The translations under genes were made by a program, and so were the position numbers. 64,000 nt of DNA from assembly GCA_950097015.1 (NCBI GenBank), contig CATNEN010000003.1:10106001-10170000 (forward strand). The letters are read 5' to 3'. Of this stretch, positions 48,601 through 57,829 are shown one piece after another. The notes beneath the pieces are model-generated. The model worked only from the letters and a program-made list of their open reading frames with translations. It did not search any database and had not been told where the DNA came from. The DNA is from Macrostomum hystrix. Taxonomy: Eukaryota; Animalia; Platyhelminthes. The stretch's first letter is position 1, and every line of letters starts with the position of its first letter.

Positions 48601-50280
48601 TGTCAGTCCAAGCGAACTGGCCGAGGCATCCCTGCAGGACCCGCTAATCAATGATGCGGTCACAATGACGCTCCAGGGGTGGCCTAACTCCATCAAGCAG
48701 CTGAAGCCGGAGCTGCAGCCGTTCTGGAGGATGCGGACGCAACTGGCGCTCTGGAATGACGGCAAGTGCCTGGCCAACGGCACCCGAGCAGTAATCCCCG
48801 CATCCCTGAGGGAGAAGACGCTGCAGCTGGCGCATTTCGGGCACCTCGGCGTGAGCAAAATGAAGCAGCATTGCCGGGACGCAGTCTGGTGGCCGCAAAT
48901 CGATCAGCATATCGAGGAATTTGTGCGACATTGCGAGGCCTGCCTGCTTAGCGAGAAGAACTTTAAGCCACCCAAGACGGTCCTGACCCCTACGAAGTGG
49001 CCGACGCGTCCATGGGAGGAACTCCAGCTCGACATCTTCGGGGAGCTGCACTCTGCGCCGAACTCCTGTCGCTTCATCCTGGTGCTGTACGATTTGCATT
49101 CAAAGTGGCCGGAGGCTGCCTGCATGTCGACTGTCACAAGCGCGGATGTCATCGACGCCCTGACAACGTGGTTTAGCCGCTGGGGCCTGCCGAAGAGCAT
49201 TAAAACAGACGGAGGTCCGCAGTTCGTGTCCGGCGATTTCGAGGATTTTCTTCAGCGCTGCGGCATCCGGCACCGGCAGTCACCGCACTACCACCCCCAG
49301 GGCAACGCGGCCGTAGAGCGCTTCAACCGTTTTCTCAAGGACGGCCTAAAGACGCACCTAGAGGAGGGCTACGACTTCAAGGACGCGGTGAAGACGCTGC
49401 TGTGGTCGTACAGGGCCACCCCACATGCACTGACTGGAGTGTCACCGGCGGAGCTCATGACAGGCCGGAAGATCAGCACCCCGTTGACAGCTCTGCAGCA
49501 AAGGACAACAGCGCGGCACAGACTGGCGGCCAGCATCAAGCGGAGGCAGCAGCGCGTTTTCGATCAGCTCAACACGACCCGGAGGCCGCCGCCCACGTTC
49601 ATAGTCGGCGACTGGGTGCGCGTGAAGCGGCCGTTCGCCCGCGGCAAGCTGAGCAGCCGCCTGTCCGAGCCACGGCAGATCTCCCGGATTGCGAGCGCGA
49701 CCACCGTCATCCTCAGCGATGGCTCCCGCTGGCACGTCGACAACTGCGTTCGGGTACCGCGGCCAGCCGGAGCGCTGCCGCACTGGCCAGCGCCGGCTCC
49801 CAGCGCAGCCGGGACAGCCGCGGAGGCGGCGACGGCGGCAGACCCAGCGAGACAGCAGCAGCCAGCCCAGACAGCGATCCGAGTGAGCTCAAGGCCGCGA
49901 GCGACGCCGCAATGGTACGGTGAAATCGTGACTCACTGACTCGTTTATTAGTGACGGTTATTCAGCTGTTATTAGCGATCAGCTGTTTCGATTTAATTCT
50001 CTTTGAAGTACCTGATGCATAAAAAGATCATTTTACTCCTTCGATGCTTGGTAATGCACTTTTATTTCCTGCTCAATATTTGCATAATTATTTTCGTTGC
50101 TCTATCCTTTGAAAGGGAAGGTGAATGTTGTGCAGTTGATTAATGCACGTACATAGTTCGTACATGTACACCTCTGATATCGATTGGCGCAGAATATATA
50201 TAGTCCAATAACTGAGAGCCAACTTGGCGTGAAAGTTTCGGATACTAACTTGGCTGACTCGCTACTATTCATTTACAACA
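45658..50280 (+). mobile_element. Full-length Ty3/Gypsy LTR retrotransposon (Mag/K02A2.6-like), 4623 bp
   Basis: identical 155-bp LTRs TGTTGT..ACAACA (45658-45812, 50126-50280), TSD AATGG, PBS-like TGG at 45814, PPT GAAAGGGAAGGTGAA. Confidence 0.98.
45944..49939 (+). CDS. Gag-Pol polyprotein in a single ORF
   Basis: Zn knuckle CHVCGRANHFGRMC, protease LVDSGA, RT YIDD, RNase H ACDSS/EREAL/TDH, integrase HHCC, D-D-E (LDIFG, TDGG, VERFN). Confidence 0.97.
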   Translation: MTSDRNSAEAPRISVSPPDQFLPQPGRPARPWKEWKALFENYLLAAGYDTLPEARRRALLLHCLGAEGQRVFAAVAATKRPSPTELAATVAILDEQFGAKVNVVAERHKFRQRSQRPGEKIADFVAALYALAGSCEFRDMMEEMIRDQIVEKVSDRRIRERLLIEDGLTLQKAVTLSQQWETSIAEASAIETEGAAAAGAQLEEEVKRVRLQPDRKNTGQGRPDRESCSKCGGGHNRRARCPAEGKSCHVCGRANHFGRMCRSQGAKVAEVMDESGQAVYMVRGAASPDIRCRLKVHGIWLNLLVDSGAKVSILSERTFRKLGNRSPLQPSTKKLIAYNGKAIDVVGEAVLSVSYRGQLVPFFCFTVVRQGSDIMGTDLMQHLSFQVVDKDGDLVRTVEKTAELPVWLAERFKPLTQGLGRIRGFEHRPRLNPAVPPVAQSRRRIPLSIKDKVQAEIDQLLEDDIIEEIQASEWISNLVIVPKPDGKIRVCNDLRCPNKAIVPDKQPLPTFEELTTEFKGSTVFTKLDLNSSYLQLELAEDRRDLTAFITEKGLYRYKRVCYGLNSAPAAFQKVLSKILHGCSGTLHYIDDIVVHAANEAEHLRRLTTVLDKLLAHGVTLNASKCQWAAETVQFLGYIVSARGLQPMQSNVEDIEAVPEPQNAEAVASFLGMVKFYSNFLHNLSDIAEPLLLLLRKEQPWNWTTDCQKAFWRLKKMVVSPTCLRFFSPDDKIIVACDSSAHALGAVLMQDDSAGVRRPVAFASRTLSATERKYSASEREALACIFACERWHYFLFGRRFELHTDHQALTTLLTAQGSGHRPLRLHRWADRLLAYDFQVCHVPGKKNIVPDFLSRHGALEGKCPRQSEEDSTELQVNAVLLSGALEIVSPSELAEASLQDPLINDAVTMTLQGWPNSIKQLKPELQPFWRMRTQLALWNDGKCLANGTRAVIPASLREKTLQLAHFGHLGVSKMKQHCRDAVWWPQIDQHIEEFVRHCEACLLSEKNFKPPKTVLTPTKWPTRPWEELQLDIFGELHSAPNSCRFILVLYDLHSKWPEAACMSTVTSADVIDALTTWFSRWGLPKSIKTDGGPQFVSGDFEDFLQRCGIRHRQSPHYHPQGNAAVERFNRFLKDGLKTHLEEGYDFKDAVKTLLWSYRATPHALTGVSPAELMTGRKISTPLTALQQRTTARHRLAASIKRRQQRVFDQLNTTRRPPPTFIVGDWVRVKRPFARGKLSSRLSEPRQISRIASATTVILSDGSRWHVDNCVRVPRPAGALPHWPAPAPSAAGTAAEAATAADPARQQQPAQTAIRVSSRPRATPQWYGEIVTH

Positions 50281-52295
50281 AATGGCTTGCCCGCTCAAAG
50301 CCTACAAAGGCAAAAAATCGGCCCCCTGGTGGAACCCCGAGCTCGGAGTCCTGAGACGCCGAGCAAAGGCTCTCCAGAGGAGGCTGAAAATCTCGCACGA
50401 CCCTGATGACAAAGAGGCCTATACTCGCGCCATCCATGAGTTTAAGGGCCGGGTCAGAAGGGCAAAAGCGGACAAGTGGCGACAATACTGCGAAGGGCTT
50501 GAGGGCTCGCGGCCCACGGCCCGCGTGGTAAAGGCGCTCACCAACGACCGCTTCTCCAAGCTCTCATCGATCAAAAAGCCAGACGGCTCGATCACGGAGC
50601 GCCCGGAGGAAACGCTTGAGCTTATGCTAGGGCATTTCTTCCCGAGTGTACCGGCGCACTTTGGCCCAGACGACCACTCACGTGGAGGTCAGGGCCTGGC
50701 TCAGTCACTCGTCACGAATGACCGCATCGTTCGCGCGGCAAAGTCATTCAACCCTTTCAAAGCACCTGGGCCAGATGGTATTTATCCGGCCTTTTTGCAT
50801 GAAGCGGTCAAAAATGGCCGCTTCCTCCATCTCCTCTGCAGACTTCTACGGGCCTGCATCGTGCTGGGCTATGTACCAGCGCCTCAAGTCAGTACCATCG
50901 TGCTGACTTCCACCTGCCTCAAGCTCATGGAAAGACTGGTGCTCTGGCGCCTTCTTACTGTAGAGCTAGGGCGGGCCCCGCTCTCCCCAAACCAGCACGC
51001 CTTTCGGGCGGGCCGGTCCACGGAGAGCGCCCTCCACTGCATCGTGGATTGCCCTGGCTGTCTTCCTAGACATTGAGGGGGCCTTTGATAACGTTGTTTT
51101 CGATGCTTTTGAGGAGGCCCTGGTTTCCAGGGCCACTCACCCCCACCTCGTTCGCTGGGTCATGTACATCCGCCATTGGTGGATCATCATCTGGGCCAGC
51201 GCCATGGGCATCCAGAAAAACCTGGAGGCGCTCTATAGGGTGCAGGGCAGAGCCTGTCGTATGACGCTGGGCGCCCCACCCTCCACTCCCTTCGAAGGCA
51301 TGAATGCTTTCCTCAACGCTACACCCATTGACATTTTCGTCAAGGGGGAAGCAGCAAAGTCCACCCGTCGTCTTCTTGATGCGGGTGTCTCCTTCCAGAA
51401 TTCGCGAGCCTTCTCGAAGCGCTCCCTTCTGCCTCACTCTGACCTCTGCCTGAAAACTCTGGGCGAGTGCGGAGGGCTCACCATCCTTTCGGACGGGGCC
51501 CCGGCCACTTTACTCCGGAGCCACAGGTACAAAGTCAGCATCTCCCCTCGTAATGAGGTAAAGGACTGCTGGGATGACCCGGCAGTCCACTGTTACACTG
51601 ACGGCTCTCTGATGAACGGTAAATCGGGATTCGGAGTGTGCGTCGCCTCGGGTGGTGAGGTCCTCTGGACCCACTCCCAATACTGTGGCAAGAGCTCTAG
51701 CGTTTTCCAAAACGAAGTGCTCGCCATCAGCTTCTGTGCGGCTGAGCTGCGCCAGAGGCAGCTGGCTGGTCGGAGGATCTTTTTTCACTCCGACAGTCAA
51801 GCAGCCCTCAAGGCCCTCAGCCGCTGCACCTCTCGCTCCAGAACCACCTTGAACTGCAACACCCAGTTAAACGGGTTGGCGCAGTCTAACAAGGTGGAGC
51901 TGATGTGGATCCCTGGGCATGCCGGGTTCACAGGGAATGAGATGGCGGACCAGCTTGCTAAGGCTGGAGCAGCCAGCTCCCTGATGGGCCCGGGCCCGGA
52001 GTCCCCGATCCCCATCTCTGTTGTCAACTCCAGCATCAACCGCTGGATGGAGACCCAGCACCGGAGGAGGTGGTCCAGCACCCTGAACTGTCGCCAGTCC
52101 AGGGCTGCGGTGCCAACCCCCTCTAGCAACCTGCGTAAAGCCTTGCTTAGGCTAAATCGCCGAGACCTGAGAACAGTCACCATGGCCCTCTCGGGACATG
52201 GCTGCTTCACCAGACACCGCTACCTCCAAGGCCACGTGCCTGATGCAAAACCAGGTGCAAAAAAGTATAACAAAATTGTCAAATCCTGGTCGTGA
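50281..52295 (+). pseudogene. LINE ORF2 3' part: deleted and frameshifted RT plus RNase H
   Basis: deletions near 50880, 51050 and 51170; no QG or YADD block; RNase H intact; C-terminal CCHC absent. Confidence 0.88.
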
Positions 52296-52307
52296 AAAGC
52301 TAGCGTT

Positions 52308-52470
52308 AGGGAGTGAGTGAAGGCAGAGCGGATAACTCGCTTGCCTTTCGCACCAAGGTCCCTGAGCTCGATTCCGCGGCGAGGGCCCATTTATTTGGAG
52401 CGCAGCCGCGGAGAGAAGACTTAAGGGGTTGCTCCAAGGCACAGGGAGAGTGTACACTGGATGAGAAAGT
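52308..52470 (+). mobile_element. SINE family A, 5' part with internal deletions
   Basis: GGCAGAGCGG..AAGGTCCCTGAGCTCGATTCC. Confidence 0.8.
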
Positions 52471-52693
52471 CCCGACCTTTACTTCTGTCCTAGCCATCCA
52501 TTCTCGGGCATTTTTCCCTACACTCTGAAAAAAATTCAAGCCAACCTCATCAACGGTGAGGTTAAGCGTCTCGAAAAACTCCTACGATAAAATGATCGCA
52601 GCTGCGAGTTACAATTCGAAAACTGAGAGGGCCCGAGTTATCATCAACCCACTGCCAGTTCATTTGATGCTTTCCAACGGTTCTAACTGACAG

Positions 52694-53205
52694 CATCAGG
52701 AAGGATTTCGCGACAAACAAACGTCAGGAGCTGACTGTGGCACTGTTCATCGATCCATATTTCTTCGATTTCGAATCGTACGTTTTCGTACGCGACAGCC
52801 TATTCCGCTCTCGCTGCCAGATGCTGATCATTCCCAGGGGTGCCTATCCATTCATGGACTATGACACAAACTTCAAACTGGCTCCGGGCAGGTCCTACAC
52901 AATCTCCATTGGCATGGAGAAGCTAGTCTTCAGCGAGGAACTCCACGGCAGTCACTGTTCGCCCATGCAGTCACGAGAATGCCCGATTCGCGGACCAATT
53001 GACCGGTGATTTGGTAGAGTACAATCACAGCTACACAGCCTGCCTGTACACCGAGTGGGCGATGAGCTGCTCTGCTGCGCCACGCACCCAGGTAGGACAA
53101 CCTGACAGAGATGTTGGCACTGGACAAATCGGCTGAGCACATGTTTCGCGACGAGCAGCTGCTCACTGATCCGACAATGCACTGCCGGCGCAACCAGCCG
53201 TGTGT
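52694..53205 (+). pseudogene. Probable DEG/ENaC-family extracellular-domain remnant
   Basis: LIIPRGAYPF..LAPGRSYTISIGMEK..HGSHC, then after a frameshift EYNHSYTACL and CRRNQPC; no TM segments seen. Confidence 0.5.
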
Positions 53206-53224
53206 GTACTCCACAAATTCATAT

Positions 53225-53750
53225 GCATTCCACAAATCCATGGTAGCATTCCACAAATCCATGGTAGCACTCGAAAAATTAATAGTAGCATTTCACAAAT
53301 CGATTGTAGCATTCCACAAATCCATGCTGGCGTTCCACAAATCCATGGTAGCATTAAAAAAATCCATGCTGGCGTTCCACAAATCCATGGTAGCATTAAA
53401 AAAATCCATGCTGGCGTTCCACAAATCCATGCTGGCGTTCCACAAATCCATGGTAGCATTAAAAAAATCCATGCTGGCGTTCCACAAATCCATGGTAGCA
53501 TTAAAAAAATCCATGCTGGCGTTCCACAAATCCATGGTAGCATTAAAAAAATCCATGCTGGCGTTCCACAAATCCATGGTAGCATTTAAAAAATCCATGC
53601 TGGCGTTCCACAAATCCATGGTAGCGTTCTAAATACCCATGGTAGCATTCCAAAAATCCATGCTGGCATTCCACAAATCCATGGTAGCGTTCTAAATACC
53701 CATGGTAGCATTCCAAAAATCCATGCTGGCATTCCACAAATTCATAGTAG
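53225..53750. repeat. 21-bp minisatellite (CACAAATCCATGGTAGCATTC variants)
   Basis: about 25 units with alternating variants. Confidence 0.95.
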
Positions 53751-54256
53751 CAGTAAAAATCCAGTAAAAATCTTGTGAAAGCCCTGAGTAATGAGGAAAA
53801 CGAAAGAAGCAGCAGGAAATTCTTAAAGCAGAAAGCATACAAAAGACAGTTGAAAATGTTTTAAAACTGAACTTTAGCTTGGAAGTCAAAAGTTAAGGAC
53901 TAGGCTGATTGTTCTCGGTTCATTTTGTAAAACCGATTCAACACGCCATGCAAGATTTTCTTAAGAAAGCAACTTCGTCTATTCTCAATAGACTATTACC
54001 AAATTCTCAATTTGTGAAACTTTCTTTTGCAAGTTAATGGCAGCAATTTACCATACAGCTTCTGTCCTATGGTCCTATGAAAGGACTGCCTGTAACCACC
54101 TGTTAAATATCGACGTGGCAAAAACTCACAGGATGGAGGTGAGGATGATGCCATACGGCTGGAGCACTATATCAGAGCTGAGACGTTAAACATTTGCTTT
54201 GCCACTAACAGCGAGCGCGTCTTCAAATTTTAGCGACTTAAAAAGTTAAAATTCAA

Positions 54257-55982
54257 ATGCGATTGTTAACTCTCTTTACACTGCTGCTTGTTCGCAATGT
54301 GGGTGAGTAACAGCTAGCTGTTAATGAAGCCACTATTCATGTAATCACAAGCGTCAGGTACTCAATTTCGCGCAACCCATGCAATTCCATTGTTTCAGTG
54401 ACGAACTCTACCATTGTGAAAGTGTTTCGTAGACACACCAGCGGCTTCATGAAGTTGAGCCACTCGATGAGCAGCAGCTCAATCATTGAGTCCGGCATCC
54501 AACTCGACGCCGACTGTCTGACCAGGTGCGGAAAGAGAGACTGTGCTGTCGCCATACTAAATGCGACCGGCCGAACCTGTCAGACGATTGGTATCAACGA
54601 CGAGTCGTCTGGCACGGCTGGTCCAAACGACAGTCATGTGACTAGAGAGCTGGGATCGCAAATCGATCCAGACGTGGCTCTGTGGAAAGCAGAGGACTTC
54701 GAAGAGCAGTTGCGCTCGAGAAGTTTTAGGCGTGTGTTTTTAAGTGAGTTCATACGAATTTCAAATACAAAATAACCAAGCATAGATTTGAACAGTCGCG
54801 AACTCCGCAACCGACTCACCAAACAGATCGCAGCTCTGGCCTGAACGGATCGGTCCAGATCTTCTCTGTGCCGTTCTCGGCTTGCTACCGCATCGAGGCC
54901 TTCGGAGCTGCTGGCGGCAAAGTGTCACTTTTCTATACTGGCAAAGGCGGCAGGGGCGCCATGGCTGCTGGCAGCTTCTGGCTCGACGCTGGCACCCAAT
55001 TGGACATTGTGGTAGGCCAGGCGGGCGGCAATTCGGAGTGCGGATTCGGTGCAGGCGGTGGCGGCGGCAGCTTCGTTTATTTCAACAATGCCACCGAAAG
55101 TCCTCGACTGCTGCTGGCTGCCGGAGGAGGCGGCGGTGCGTCGTGGTACTACGGTGGGTTCGAAAACCAGTCTTACCATTTAACATATATTTTGTCTGGA
55201 GGGCTGCGAGCACTGGGACATAATTTAGTGACAGCAAGCCCGCACCCAGGAAGAGGCAATTCTGCTGACTCTGCTGACTCCTGAGCACACACTCATACAG
55301 TTTTGTATATCTGCCCTGATAGTCTAATCGTCATGCAAGTGCGCACTCTTACTGTGCCTTGTGGGATTGGTCCATCAAGGGCGTAAGGCGCACGAAAAGC
55401 CCACAAGCCTTCAAATTTTCGGGCATGTCGTGAGAGGCTGGCACGTTGAACGCTCTGTCACCTCTTCATGCAGACGGAATGCACGGCTCAAACGGAACCA
55501 ACGGCACAAACAGCTGGCCAACGGAGGCCTACGCTGGTCTGGGCGGAGCCGGAGGGCGGCCGGGCCAAGTGTCCCCCAATCGGCTGCCAAGAGACTCTCT
55601 CAACGATGTGTATTCGTGCGGCGGCGCTGGCGCCGGCTGGATCGGCTCGGCCGTGCTCAACGGCGAGTTCTTTGCTGATCCCGGAGGTCCGGGTCTGAGC
55701 CGCATCGATGGCTGGTTTGGCGGAGCTCGCAATTCCACTTGTCCGACTGGCGACGGCGGCTTTGGCGGAGGCGGCGCTGGCGGCGGCTGCTGCGTTGGCG
55801 GGCGCATAGGCGCCGGCGGCGGCGGCGGCGGCTTTGGTGGCGGAGGCACCGGGACAATCCATACGCAGTCTGGAGGCGGCGGCGGCTCGAACTGCGGCGG
55901 CTTCAACTGTGTCACGGCCACCGGCGTCAACTCGGAGCCGCAGGGCCGCGTGCTTTTCAGCATCTCAGCGGTCTGCGCCTGA
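54257..55982 (+). CDS. Secreted PAN/apple-like plus ALK/LTK-type glycine-rich domain protein; exons 54257-54302, 54399-54743, 54827-55153, 55474-55982
   Basis: signal MRLLTLFTLLLV; CLTRCGKRDC..C; GSVQIFSVP..YRIEAFGAAGG, GGRGA, IVVGQAG, GGGGGSFV, LLAAGGGGG, GGFGGGG; three phase-1 introns join the frames. Confidence 0.8.
55192..55412 (-). mobile_element. SINE family A, diverged copy in an intron
   Basis: GGAGGGCTGCG..GGCAATTCTG..GCTGACTCCTGAGCAC. Confidence 0.75.
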
Positions 55983-57829
55983 ATTCTTGAACGATTTGGC
56001 ATCAAACGAATTCTTAGAACTATTGCAAACTCGTGTGTGCAATACAAAGCTCTTACTAGCTCCTCGGTTGAAATCAATCAACGTGTGGCTGCGTCCTGTC
56101 TGACATGCGGAGCATTGATCGGCTTCTCTTGTCTGGTCCGTCGCTGGTCCGTCCATCGGGTCCGGACCGGTCCGATTGTAGTTTACATGTACGACGCGTA
56201 AACGAGCTTGCTGTTTTCAAAGCCCCGAATTTTAGATAATCCAGCTGTAGCATGAAATAGAAAATAAAATAATGAAGCCATGTTGAATTGCGATATTTTT
56301 GTTAAAAAAAATAAATCAAGAAATAATTGAAAAATATCGTGAAACTATCCTCTGTCTCAAAGCATACCCTGATCCACTTTGGTTTATTTGGCCTTGTTAC
56401 TTCTTTCAAACGATGACGTTTATTCAGTCTGCTTATAAATGTGCAACACGCATACTAAAATTAAAAATCTAATTGTTTTCCTTCGTATTTGCAATTCGCC
56501 ATCTCTCCCCAACGACCCCCCGAACCAGTACACTTACGAGTACTTTCAATATGTCTGACACGCGTATATTTATATATAATTATTATAGTATAAATATATA
56601 TAAAAAGGGACATAATTGTCGTCGTTTTAGACAATAAACTATACGTATATATATAAATGAAAAAATATATTATATTATTATATATATATTATATATTATA
56701 TACCCTTTAGTTTTAATAATCATTTTTGATTTGCCTCCAGATTTGTTTAACCGATTTACAGCGAAAGCTTTTCAAACATCGAAGATTACAAGAAACTTGC
56801 TTTGAAAATTTTTAAAGTAGCCACATTTTAGTTCCTTATTCGCGTTAAATTAAATCCATTTAAGCTTTTGCCTGTCTTCCTGTAAGAGTAAGTAAATATT
56901 ATTTCGTCTTGCAGTCCTCGTGTAGAACAAAACATGAAATGTTTACCACGGTATTTAAAATAATTCTGATTTTATGGGCTTCACGAAATGATACGAGCTA
57001 TATTTGTTTATTAACTCAAGTACATTCGGGTGGTGGTATTTTCAATGTATTTATTCAGCATTTGCGATAACTTTTTCGATTTAAATAACGTTAGATATTT
57101 TGCAACGCGACTAATCTTGGCATACGAGTATAACTATATTTCGAATGTAAGTGAACACATTTTAAAGTTCTGGTTACTTTTACTAATTCGTTCTTTAATA
57201 ACTATGAGTTTTATCTATGGTTTTCGAAGAATATAGTGCAAACTATAAGTACTCAAAATAAAATAGTTTTTTGAGTTTTATTCAACACACTTAATTTGTA
57301 ATACTTGTAGTTTAATTAAATAACACACTTAAACTTCTTTTTAAGTAATTCGCAGCTATTTTAATTAAGGAATAAAGCTTGAGTTTTGGGCAAGCAAAGA
57401 ACATTTTATTCATAAAAATTGGCAGACATACAACTAGGCCTATGTCTTCAAGTACTGCTTTGAATAGCTTTGAAATTGAGTTAATAGAGGATTTCTGTGT
57501 CCTGAAGAAATTATTACTGCACCAAAAGTTAAGCACCGAAAGAATAAAAATTATTTAATTACAAGGACAGTGAAGTTACGTCAAAAATTAAGTAAATTAC
57601 GTAAGTTAATAAAACGTAGTTTAGTTTAGTTTAGTTAATAGTTTTGTTTGATTTGGTTTAAATTTAGTTTCGATTTTTTCCAAATAATTGTTCGTGAAAT
57701 TAAAAGTCGGACTTGTAACTGCAAGCTTTAAGTAAATCGTTAAATGTGATAGCTTGTTTTTTTTAATATTTATATTTTAATTTCAGCTCAACAAGAGTCA
57801 AGCCATTTCGAAAAATTAAAGAGACAAAA

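Larger units (their letters stand above)
42602..52250 (+). mobile_element. Non-LTR retrotransposon, Loa/I-group-like (5' UTR, ORF1, APE-RT-RNase H), interrupted and internally deleted
   Basis: sharp GC rise at 42602; ORF1; APE motifs QVN, LVQEPW, GDANSHH, SDHRFIRF; RT N-part KAPGPDGI, QHAFRAGRSTE, FLDIEGAFD; RNase H YTDGS, SDSQAAL, WIPGH, GNEMAD. Confidence 0.92.
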
